From assembly GCA_965140445.1 (NCBI GenBank), contig OZ223236.1:2784001-2848000 (forward strand): a stretch of DNA of 64,000 bases, written 5' to 3'. Of the stretch, positions 9,270-17,947 are shown one piece after another. Made by a program: the position numbers and the translations under genes. Source of the stretch: Candidatus Ozemobacteraceae bacterium. Lineage in GTDB: Bacteria; Muiribacteriota; Ozemobacteria; Ozemobacterales; Ozemobacteraceae. Below the pieces are notes generated by a model. The model worked only from the letters and a program-made list of their open reading frames with translations, made no database searches and had not been told where the DNA came from. How positions within the stretch are numbered: the stretch's first letter is position 1; every line of letters starts with the position of its first letter.

Positions 9270-11408
9270 TTAAGCTTCTGCTTCTGCCTGCATTTCCTTT
9301 TCACATTGTTCGATTAGAGTCTTAAGATTGTCAGCTTCTACGCCAGTTGGAGAGTTCTGTAAGAATCTTTTGGCGGCTTCTGTTGCATCAGTAAATTGTC
9401 GTTTGCGTGCATATATAACGGCAAGGTTGTAGTAAACCTGATGAAATTTTGGATCAATTTCAAGAACCTTCAAATAAGCTGCGATTGCTTCATTTATGCG
9501 GCCTTTTTCAAATTCTTCTGTTCCAATATTATAAAAAGCTGCGGCATCTTTGGGATTAAGATCAATGGCTTTTTTCCAAAGCTCAATAGCCTGATCATAC
9601 ATTCCCTTATTGTAGTAGGCGATTCCAAGCTTATTGCGAGCTTCCGAATCCTGTGGATTATACTTGATAACCCTTTTCCAGATTTCAATCGCTTTGTCAT
9701 ACATTTCACGGTTATGATAAGCGGTTGCAAGATTGGAAAGAATATCAGAGTCTTCTGGTTTGTATTTAAGGGCTTTTTCCCAACAATCAACGGCTTTGTC
9801 AAAGAGATCCATTTTGATGTAAGCGATACCCAGTTTGTTATAGAGTTCACCATTTTCTGGTGTGATTCTGATGGCATCTTCCCATTCAGAGATGGCCTGA
9901 TCAAACAGATTCTTCTGGAAGTATGCAATACCAAGGTTATTATGAGCATCTACATCGTTAGGAGCAAGTTCAACAACTCTTCTCCATGAAAGGATAGCAT
10001 CGTCCAGAAGGCCTTTTTCGTCAAAAGCATTACCTAATACAAAATGAGTGTTTGGGTTATTTGGATCAAGCTCTATTGATTTTTTCCATGCACTTATGGC
10101 TTCATCAAGTTTTCTTTTCTGTCGGCAAGCATGGCCAAGTTTAAAGAAAATATCTGGATCATTTGAGTTTAGAACCTTTGATTTTTCCCATTCGTTAAGA
10201 GCGTCATCAAATCTTTGCAAATTGTAATAAGCGATACCAAGGTTATGGTGTGCTTCAAAATGTTCAGTATCTAATTCAATAGCTTTCTGCCATTGGAAGA
10301 TAGCTTCCTGTGTTTTATTCAGTTTGGAATAGGCTATACCCAATTTGTGGTGGAGCTGAGGATCATCGGTTACATAACTAATAGCTCGGTTCCAGAATTT
10401 AGCAGCTTCGGCAAAGTCTTCCATCCCGCAATATGCGTTACCAATTTTTTCGCAGATATCCGCATCTTCACTTCTTTTTTCTCTTACTGTATTCCAGTAG
10501 GTAATGGACTTTTGGAAATTGCCTGTATTGTACTGAGCAACACCGAGGTTGAAATGAGCTTCGATGTCATTTGGATTGATGGAAATACATTTTTCCCAGC
10601 ATTCAATAGCTTTTTCAAGATCATCAAGTTTTCCGAAAGCAGAGCCAAGTTTAAAATATACTTCAGAATTATCCGGAGTAATTTCAAGGATTTTCTGCCA
10701 GGTCTCGATTGCTTCTCGGTGCTGGTTAAGCTTGCTATAAGCGTTTCCAAGATTGTTGAAAATATCGGGCTGCCGAGGATTCAGCGCTAGAGCCTTTTTC
10801 CATTCTTCAATGGCTTGTTGAAACATTTCAAGGCGATAATAAACTATTGCCAGGTTATTATGTGCTTCAGAATTTTTTGGGTTAAGTTCAATAGCTTTTG
10901 AAAAGGCGATAACTGATTTATCATCAAGGCCTTTGTTGTAATAAGCTACACCCAATCTGAAAAAGATATCGGAATCTTCTGGATTCAGGTTTGAGGCTTT
11001 TTCCCAGAGTGATATGGATTGCTCTTCTTTTCCAAGGTTGTAATAAGCAATACCAAGTTTAAAATGAATTTCTGGATCATGCTGACGAAGTTCAAGGCAT
11101 TGTTCCCAATGTTCAATAGCTTTGGAGTCCTCGCCTTTGTTGTAATAAGCAATTCCCAGATTGTGTAAAACTTCATAGTTTTGAGGGTCAAGAGAAACCG
11201 CTATTTCCCATTCTTTCAGGGCTTCATCTATTCTATTGAGTTGATAGTAAGCAACTCCAAGCTTGAACCTGGCTTCACTATTCTGTGGGTTTTTGATCAG
11301 AGACTGGATCCACTCTGATATTGCCTGCTCATACTGGCCTTTCGTATAGTAAGCAATCCCCAGATTATAATGGGTATTGGCTTCGTCCTGCAGGTATGTG
11401 CGTTTCAT
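9270..11408 (-). CDS. cytoplasmic all-TPR protein (about 20 repeats)
   Basis: 20 consecutive 34-aa units (LG.AY...G.YD.AI..W.KA..L.P); no signal peptide and no other domain. Confidence 0.93.
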   Translation of the reverse strand: MKRTYLQDEANTHYNLGIAYYTKGQYEQAISEWIQSLIKNPQNSEARFKLGVAYYQLNRIDEALKEWEIAVSLDPQNYEVLHNLGIAYYNKGEDSKAIEHWEQCLELRQHDPEIHFKLGIAYYNLGKEEQSISLWEKASNLNPEDSDIFFRLGVAYYNKGLDDKSVIAFSKAIELNPKNSEAHNNLAIVYYRLEMFQQAIEEWKKALALNPRQPDIFNNLGNAYSKLNQHREAIETWQKILEITPDNSEVYFKLGSAFGKLDDLEKAIECWEKCISINPNDIEAHFNLGVAQYNTGNFQKSITYWNTVREKRSEDADICEKIGNAYCGMEDFAEAAKFWNRAISYVTDDPQLHHKLGIAYSKLNKTQEAIFQWQKAIELDTEHFEAHHNLGIAYYNLQRFDDALNEWEKSKVLNSNDPDIFFKLGHACRQKRKLDEAISAWKKSIELDPNNPNTHFVLGNAFDEKGLLDDAILSWRRVVELAPNDVDAHNNLGIAYFQKNLFDQAISEWEDAIRITPENGELYNKLGIAYIKMDLFDKAVDCWEKALKYKPEDSDILSNLATAYHNREMYDKAIEIWKRVIKYNPQDSEARNKLGIAYYNKGMYDQAIELWKKAIDLNPKDAAAFYNIGTEEFEKGRINEAIAAYLKVLEIDPKFHQVYYNLAVIYARKRQFTDATEAAKRFLQNSPTGVEADNLKTLIEQCEKEMQAEAEA

Positions 11409-11432
11409 ATGGCCTCCAAAGTCATGACTAAA

Positions 11433-13064
11433 TTATGTTGTTTTTTTCTGTTTAGAAAAAGGTGAGAAAACATCGTATTTTCGCACCATAGAACTGATTG
11501 TATTGCCAAAAGTTTCGAGAACGGCTTTAAGCTTGTCGTCTTTGTTAAATCCGTGAACTAAACCTTTTCTCTCTAAAATTATTTTCTGGAATTTTAGTTG
11601 GTATTTGTGTCTGAAAGCAAGCTTTTCTGTAATTAAATTTTTTGTTTCCAACTTCTTTTTGATTTCAGGCTTTTTCTTAATTACTGAATATGTCTCATCA
11701 GATGGATTAATCTTATTGTAATGCTTGCTGAAGATTGAATTGCTCAAGTAAGCAAGGAACAAATCAATCGAGTATGTTCTTATGCCAAATTCTGGCAGAC
11801 TTGAAAAGTTAAGACGTTTTTCAGGGCGGCTGGAGAAAAATCTTAACTTCATTTTTGTTTGAAAAATATGCTTCTTGAGATGATCTTGACGATGGAAAAA
11901 ATTGGGAGTTTTTTCTGTATACCCAGGTTCAAAGGATGACTCAGAATCAAGTTTCATCTTTGCTACGAAGCTTGCCTCCTGAACCAGTTTATGTTCAAAC
12001 TCGGCAATTTTCTCAGATTTCATCTCACTGGCTAATGTAATCACTCTTAACACAGCTTTTCTGGGAATTTTAAGCTCAAGTGAGTGCATAACTTTGGTTG
12101 GTTTTATGCTGGGTGTTTTGCCCACAGAAGATAGTACAAAAGGCCGACCTGCTTTTAATTTTCTTATTGTTGGAATTCTTTCAGGAAAGCAGAAGGGGAG
12201 ATACTCCGAAAAGAACGATGGCTCAAGAACTGAGCTTCTTGGTGCACTTGATCTGTCTCTGTTTTCATAAACAAATTCTTTTTTGAAGTTGGATAAAAAC
12301 TTATCAAGCCTTGTTTGAAGGTTAGCCTTTTCTTTTTGTAGTGCATCTATTGCATCTATTAATTCAGACTCTGAATTTTCGATCTCAGAGATCCTAATTT
12401 TTAATCTTTCTGAGTATTCTTTTAGGTCTTTGTTTTCTTTTTCTGCTTTAAGTGCGAGTTTCAGGTTTTTGGCATCAGATTCCAAAACCTTATCAAGATT
12501 TGATTTAAGAGTAGAGACTTCTCGTTCCAAGGTATCTCTGATTTCAGACAATTCATTATTTCTCGTTGAAAGCCGCAGTTTCTCTGCTGTAAGAAGCCTT
12601 AAGTTTTCTCGCATTTCCTGGAGTTTATTTTCTGCAGAGTCCAGTCTTAAACTTAGTTCTTTTGTGTGCAGCTGCATTTGAGAAATTTCAGCTTGCTGTT
12701 CCTGAGACTGATCCAGGAGTTTCTTTTTCTCTGATTCAAGGCTTCTTGTCTCAATGATTGCATCGGCAAGACTAATTTTAAAGTCCTGCATTTTTTTATC
12801 TTTTAACTCCAATTCTTTCGAAAGAAATTGAAGTTTGGCAATTGCATCCGGCGTATTCTCAGCGGCAAGAGAGGAATCAGCGGCAAGCTTTATATAATTT
12901 TTTAAACTAAAATTTCTGAAAGTAGTTATCAGAGCTTTTTCTTCATCTGACAAAATTTCTTCAGAAATTCGCTCCAACAAGCCAATTAGGCCCTGTTGAA
13001 GAGATTCAAAATTTTCTGAAACATCATTTTGATGCTCAGGCTGTTTGCTTGCCTTATCTGTCAT
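11433..13064 (-). CDS. hypothetical protein: N-terminal coiled coil plus orphan K/F/S-rich C-terminal half
   Basis: Heptad E/K/L-rich segment at about aa 75-260; no recognisable domain after it. Confidence 0.75.
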   Translation of the reverse strand: MTDKASKQPEHQNDVSENFESLQQGLIGLLERISEEILSDEEKALITTFRNFSLKNYIKLAADSSLAAENTPDAIAKLQFLSKELELKDKKMQDFKISLADAIIETRSLESEKKKLLDQSQEQQAEISQMQLHTKELSLRLDSAENKLQEMRENLRLLTAEKLRLSTRNNELSEIRDTLEREVSTLKSNLDKVLESDAKNLKLALKAEKENKDLKEYSERLKIRISEIENSESELIDAIDALQKEKANLQTRLDKFLSNFKKEFVYENRDRSSAPRSSVLEPSFFSEYLPFCFPERIPTIRKLKAGRPFVLSSVGKTPSIKPTKVMHSLELKIPRKAVLRVITLASEMKSEKIAEFEHKLVQEASFVAKMKLDSESSFEPGYTEKTPNFFHRQDHLKKHIFQTKMKLRFFSSRPEKRLNFSSLPEFGIRTYSIDLFLAYLSNSIFSKHYNKINPSDETYSVIKKKPEIKKKLETKNLITEKLAFRHKYQLKFQKIILERKGLVHGFNKDDKLKAVLETFGNTISSMVRKYDVFSPFSKQKKTT

Positions 13065-13077
13065 CTATTTTTTTGTT

Positions 13078-13863
13078 TTAGTCGTGTTGATAAAGACAAA
13101 CTGTAATATTGTCTCCACCACCATTCAAATAAGCGGCTTTTACAAGGTTGTCCGCAATGGTTTTAAGGTCAGAATTCTTAGGTTGATATTGATCAGAAAT
13201 TATTTTTTTGATTGCGCTATTTTCAACAAACCCGCAAAGCCCATCAGAGCATAAAAGGATTAGATCGCCAGAATCCATTGTATAGGTACGTTTTTCTACT
13301 TCTACGTCACCACCAACACCAAGAGCGCGGGTAATAACATTTCTGTTTGGGTGGACGAGGGCTTGTTCCGGGGTAATTCGACCTTGATCTAAAAGTTCTT
13401 GCACAAGGGAGTGATCTTTGGAGATTGGAAAGAGGTTACCATCTCTAAATCTGTAACAACGACTGTCACCAACATGCGCAAGGGACATTCCGGTTTTATA
13501 TATAAGCGCAGAAACAATCGTTGTTCCCATTCCGTCCATTTCAGGGTTCTCTGATGCCATCTTATAAATGGCATTATTAGCTGATAAAAAGCATTCTTCT
13601 AAAAAAACGGTTTTATCTGAATTTAATAATTCTTCAGGGGGGGCCAGAAAAAGCTTTTGAACTAAATTGTCTTTAACTGTTTTGACAGCAAGCATAGAGG
13701 CATACTCTCCAGCGGCCGCACCACCCATTCCATCAGCTAAGATCAAGGCTGTAATAGCTATTTCATTTCCGAGAGGGCCACACAATTTTAGTTGCAGGCT
13801 TTCGGCATAATCCTCATTATTTGGACGTACTTTCCCTTTATCGCTTAGGGTATAGAAATTCAT
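13078..13863 (-). CDS. PP2C-family Ser/Thr protein phosphatase (Stp1/PrpC-like)
   Basis: RPNNED, ADGMGG, GMGTT, HVGDSR, DHS, RNVITRALG, CSDGL, GGGDNIT; GGGGAG RBS. Confidence 0.95.
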   Translation of the reverse strand: MNFYTLSDKGKVRPNNEDYAESLQLKLCGPLGNEIAITALILADGMGGAAAGEYASMLAVKTVKDNLVQKLFLAPPEELLNSDKTVFLEECFLSANNAIYKMASENPEMDGMGTTIVSALIYKTGMSLAHVGDSRCYRFRDGNLFPISKDHSLVQELLDQGRITPEQALVHPNRNVITRALGVGGDVEVEKRTYTMDSGDLILLCSDGLCGFVENSAIKKIISDQYQPKNSDLKTIADNLVKAAYLNGGGDNITVCLYQHD

Positions 13864-13892
13864 ATCAGGTCTCCCCTTTTTGTCTACAATGA

Positions 13893-13921
13893 ATTCTAAT
13901 TTGTTTGACCTTCCAAGTCAA
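13893..13921 (-). promoter_or_regulatory. putative internal sigma70 promoter for PP2C, coiled-coil and TPR genes
   Basis: Minus strand TTGACT-N17-TAGAAT, 29 nt upstream of the PP2C start. Confidence 0.6.
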
Positions 13922-13936
13922 CGAGACAAGCGAATT

Positions 13937-16900
13937 TTAAGGATTTTTATTCTCTAAAATTATCGCCTTTTTAATATAACTTTCGGATTGAATGCTTACA
14001 AAATCAGAATTCATATCATACCAATCAGGAATGTATGCGGGTTTAAAGTCCAGAGAGCAATCTTTTTGCTTAGGAAATTTAAAATTCTTAACACTCTTAT
14101 CTGATTCTTTTTCCAAAACAATTTCCGGGAATGGGGTCGCGATTGATTTAAAACTAAGTTGATTTTCAGAAAAACCGGTTTTCCGAGGTAAGCTTGAAAT
14201 TTGAAGACTGGTTTCTTTGCCTTTCAGATTATATTTAACTTTTGCAAGATTGCTTAAATAGTCTAATTCTAAAACGTCAGGAGCTTTGCAGTTAGTAGAA
14301 ATTTCAAAGCTCGAATAATTCTGCTCATTTAAGTCTTCCTGAATTTTTGCAGAAGCAAAGAATTTGGGAGCCTCTAATTGATTTATCTCAGCTAACTTTA
14401 GCGTTTGTCTTTCGAGGTATTGAGCTGTCGGTTTTAGCCCCTTTAAATTGTTATCAAAGGCTTCAGTAGTGGACTTTATAAACTTGTTATGAATCTTTTG
14501 CAGAGAAAATTTCTGACTGATTTTCAAGAAATTGTCCAATAAAATTACCCAGTGAACCGGGGTCAATTCAAAACTATCTAAAGCACCATTCATTAATTCA
14601 GAAGATTTGGTGGTTAAAAAGGCTATTTTCCTGGGGGCTAAACCTGGATCTATCTGACCATTAAAAGAATTGATAACAGGATAAAAATTGTCAGCGTCAA
14701 TTTGGTTTCTCTCAGCAAATTTCAGTGGTAGATTTTGAAGGTTTTCTTTTATTGGAAGGAATTTTTTTTCGGTTTTATCGGTGGTTAAACTTATGCCAGT
14801 CTCATCTTGAAAACTTTGAAATCCGGCTTTGAGATTTTCGACATTTTGACAATTAAAGTTTTTAACAGCTTTGGAAATTTTACGGTGAGTTCCAATGCAA
14901 AAAGCTTTTGAGATTCCTTTTACTTCGCTTTCATTAAATAAAATGATTTGAGACTCAGAATAAATATTATGCTCAAGATTTACAGAAACATCATCCAATT
15001 CATAATACACCTCAATTGGCACATTTACTGATGGTTGCTCAGGCACCCATGGAAACGAAAAGCGTCGGGAACGAAATTTAAAATTTCCAGACAGGGTTTT
15101 AAATTCATTTTCTATTTTCGAAAGTCTATGGCGAAATTTTTTGGCTGGCTTTTGTAGCAGTTTTAATTTTAAGATTCTTGAAAGTGGGTGTGAGCTTTTG
15201 TTTACTATAGTCTCGGAATCAACTTCCAGCTGTATTTTGAAGGCACGTTGATTATCTACTTTGAAATTCTGGTTAACCTGACTTAAAACCTGTAAATCGG
15301 GTGCGGTTGGCAGGAATTTACTAATCTCATTCATTTCGATTTTCTTATTATGAGACTTTAATACTTCAAAGACAGAATTATCCAACTGATAAAAACTGTT
15401 CAAAGCGCATATTGAAAAGCTCTTTCCACTTGAAGCTGACTTTTTGGAAAACTCAAAAGCAAAATCCCCGAATTCCATAAATTTCGGGTCTTCATTGGCC
15501 CAAGGGTAAGTAAACGAATGGATCTTATTCATTTTTGAAACCGATAAAATTGGGGTTTCATATTGCTTTTTATAAGGAAGCGAACGCATGGTTTCCTGAA
15601 TCTTTTGGAAACCTGGCCAGAGCCATTTTTTAGGATTTTTCAGACTGAATTTTGATCTATATGGTTTAAAAATATTGAAAAAGAAGTCTGCTTCTTTAAC
15701 CAGCTTCTGAGTAGCAGTTGGCGGAATTTCAAAATTAAGGTATGGCACGACCGAGTTAAATAAGCTCTTTTTTTCCACCAATTTTGGAAATCCAAAATAG
15801 TATGGATATAGGCGCAAAACACAGTTGAATTGTTTTTGAAGAAACGGCCAATCTGGCGGAGGAACAATTTCTTTTTGTGCTAAATGGTCGAAATTTTTTC
15901 CAGGTAGAATTTGAAAATCTAACGGGATTTGCTCGCGCAGAGAATCTGGAATACTTCCAGCATATAGCTCATAATCCACATTCACTTCATCGTGGGCGAA
16001 GCAACAATCTGCAGAGAATATGTTGCTGAAAACAAAATTGGAATTGAGCAATAAATAATTTTTTCTGGTGAAAATCTGTGGTATTTCAGGCATTTCTTCC
16101 AGAATTTTTATTTTACCGGCCTTTTTGGAAGAGACGAAAAGCTGTTTTTTGAATGGCTCTTTATATACAAACTGTTTTAACGGTAACTCTCTTTTTAAAA
16201 GGGTTTTTAATCTGGTAGAAAGTCCTGGTAAAATTTTGGAAGAGATTGCTTTTCTTTGCTTTTCTGGCAAAACGACATCTGTAAAATGTGGGTCGGTAAT
16301 GCTCATTAAAAATGGCTGTATGGGCTGTAGAAACGAGATAGCATCTTCAAATTTTTGAGGGTAAATTTCTCTAAAACTCTTTACTGCATGTAAGGTTTTT
16401 GGATGAAATTTAAAACCAGTTTTCTGAACTCCATGCTTAGCCCTATCAAAGTAATTCAAAGTTGATTCAACTATAGTTTTCAGAATTTTTTTGGTGTATC
16501 TGGCGTGCCCGGCTGTGCGCAAAGCCATGAAAACTCTTTTTTGGCAGCCGTAATATTTTTTTAGTTTAATTGAATCCTTAAATCCTTTTAATTGGGAAAA
16601 ATTTTGGTTTAGGGTTTCAAAATTAATTGAGGAAAAAATATCTTTTGAAGTCTGTTTCAAAGCCTTTAAATGATTAAAAGTCTTAGGTTCTAAAATTGAT
16701 TCTGGCAAGGTGAAATTGCATTTCAGGCGTGAAATATACCCGGATTCCCTCTTAAGAGAAAGCTTGTATTTTTTCCAGTTCCGTTCGCTTTTCTGGGTAG
16801 GCCAGGCGAAAAAACTGATCTGAGAATTAAAATCTTTAGCTTTTTTTACTGGGACTTCGCTCAATGAAATGATTTGGCTCTGTGAAGTCTTGATTGACTT

Positions 16901-17947
16901 TGCAGGAGAAAGAATCTGGTATTTTTCCTCAAACAGAAATGGGGTGGGGGATAAAAAATCAATTTGTTCAAGAGAATTAAATCGGTTTGAAGCAATTTTC
17001 TGATCAAGCTTTTCGCTTTTTTTGTATGTGAACTCCTGAGAAGCAATTTTCTCAATAGGTTTAAGTATGGAGTAAGCCTCAAGGACAAGATTTTTGCCAA
17101 TTTCATTTCGAATTTCAAAACTAAAATTACTTAAATTAGGTTTTACAGGGAGAGTATTCGAGCTAATTTGCTGAAGCTGAACAAACTGGTAGGCCGGTTT
17201 TAAATGGGTTTCGTAAAAATCCTTGGCTTTAAAGGTTTCTAACTTGTTAAGAATTGGCTGAGAAAGAGATGGAATTATAGTAGCTATTTTATGAAGTGTT
17301 CTTTCGTCACGCTTGATCGATTTGTCTAAAATAGAAAAAGAATTAATTCCAATTGATTGCTGACGAAAAATCTCTTTTGTTTCTTTTAAAACAGGTTTTG
17401 AAATTGTTCCTATAAGTTTGTGAGAAGGGTTTAATTTTAAGTTTTCATTTTGGTTTCTGGTAAGAACAAATTTTGCTTCTCGGTCGGAGTAAAACTCCCT
17501 TTTTTTAGCAGGTTTAGCTAGAACAATTCTTTCATCTGTATTTTTATCTTCAAATCGGTTACAGAGGCCGGATTTAAAAATTTCCGCATCTTCTGTTAAA
17601 AAGAGTTTCAATTTTTGCTCAAAAAGTATTTTGGGGGGAATCTGAAATAGAAGAAAGTTGGAAACATCTTTTGGTTTCATCTGAAAAAAATGTTTCTCGA
17701 TAGAAACTTTGAATCTTTTAGGAACTTTAGTAATCAGGCCGTATTTTTTAAAAAGTAGTTCAAGTGATTCAGAGTAGCATTTGCAAAGTTCAATTTCCTG
17801 ACTCGGTTGAATCGGAGTATTTTTGCCTGAAAAAACGGAAACTGAAGCTTTGCTTAAGAACCGTTTGATCAAGTTCTCTCCCTGTTTTATTTGTCTGGGA
17901 GGCAGATCAAAAACTTGAATTGAATCTTTACGAGTAAATAAGGTCAT
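13937..17947 (-). CDS. large orphan protein (1336 aa), F/K/S/P-rich
   Basis: 4 kb uninterrupted ORF in AT-rich DNA; 4-nt ATGA overlap with the upstream gene; no signal peptide, TM or recognisable domain. Confidence 0.8.
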   Translation of the reverse strand: MTLFTRKDSIQVFDLPPRQIKQGENLIKRFLSKASVSVFSGKNTPIQPSQEIELCKCYSESLELLFKKYGLITKVPKRFKVSIEKHFFQMKPKDVSNFLLFQIPPKILFEQKLKLFLTEDAEIFKSGLCNRFEDKNTDERIVLAKPAKKREFYSDREAKFVLTRNQNENLKLNPSHKLIGTISKPVLKETKEIFRQQSIGINSFSILDKSIKRDERTLHKIATIIPSLSQPILNKLETFKAKDFYETHLKPAYQFVQLQQISSNTLPVKPNLSNFSFEIRNEIGKNLVLEAYSILKPIEKIASQEFTYKKSEKLDQKIASNRFNSLEQIDFLSPTPFLFEEKYQILSPAKSIKTSQSQIISLSEVPVKKAKDFNSQISFFAWPTQKSERNWKKYKLSLKRESGYISRLKCNFTLPESILEPKTFNHLKALKQTSKDIFSSINFETLNQNFSQLKGFKDSIKLKKYYGCQKRVFMALRTAGHARYTKKILKTIVESTLNYFDRAKHGVQKTGFKFHPKTLHAVKSFREIYPQKFEDAISFLQPIQPFLMSITDPHFTDVVLPEKQRKAISSKILPGLSTRLKTLLKRELPLKQFVYKEPFKKQLFVSSKKAGKIKILEEMPEIPQIFTRKNYLLLNSNFVFSNIFSADCCFAHDEVNVDYELYAGSIPDSLREQIPLDFQILPGKNFDHLAQKEIVPPPDWPFLQKQFNCVLRLYPYYFGFPKLVEKKSLFNSVVPYLNFEIPPTATQKLVKEADFFFNIFKPYRSKFSLKNPKKWLWPGFQKIQETMRSLPYKKQYETPILSVSKMNKIHSFTYPWANEDPKFMEFGDFAFEFSKKSASSGKSFSICALNSFYQLDNSVFEVLKSHNKKIEMNEISKFLPTAPDLQVLSQVNQNFKVDNQRAFKIQLEVDSETIVNKSSHPLSRILKLKLLQKPAKKFRHRLSKIENEFKTLSGNFKFRSRRFSFPWVPEQPSVNVPIEVYYELDDVSVNLEHNIYSESQIILFNESEVKGISKAFCIGTHRKISKAVKNFNCQNVENLKAGFQSFQDETGISLTTDKTEKKFLPIKENLQNLPLKFAERNQIDADNFYPVINSFNGQIDPGLAPRKIAFLTTKSSELMNGALDSFELTPVHWVILLDNFLKISQKFSLQKIHNKFIKSTTEAFDNNLKGLKPTAQYLERQTLKLAEINQLEAPKFFASAKIQEDLNEQNYSSFEISTNCKAPDVLELDYLSNLAKVKYNLKGKETSLQISSLPRKTGFSENQLSFKSIATPFPEIVLEKESDKSVKNFKFPKQKDCSLDFKPAYIPDWYDMNSDFVSIQSESYIKKAIILENKNP

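Noticed and set aside
9396..10790. 197-aa and 165-aa + strand ORFs inside the TPR gene
   Set aside because: Antisense shadows of a repetitive coding sequence; no RBS or protein-like features.
9270..11408. 102-nt periodicity as a possible CRISPR or DNA repeat array
   Set aside because: The periodicity comes from TPR coding; there are no identical nucleotide repeats with unique spacers.
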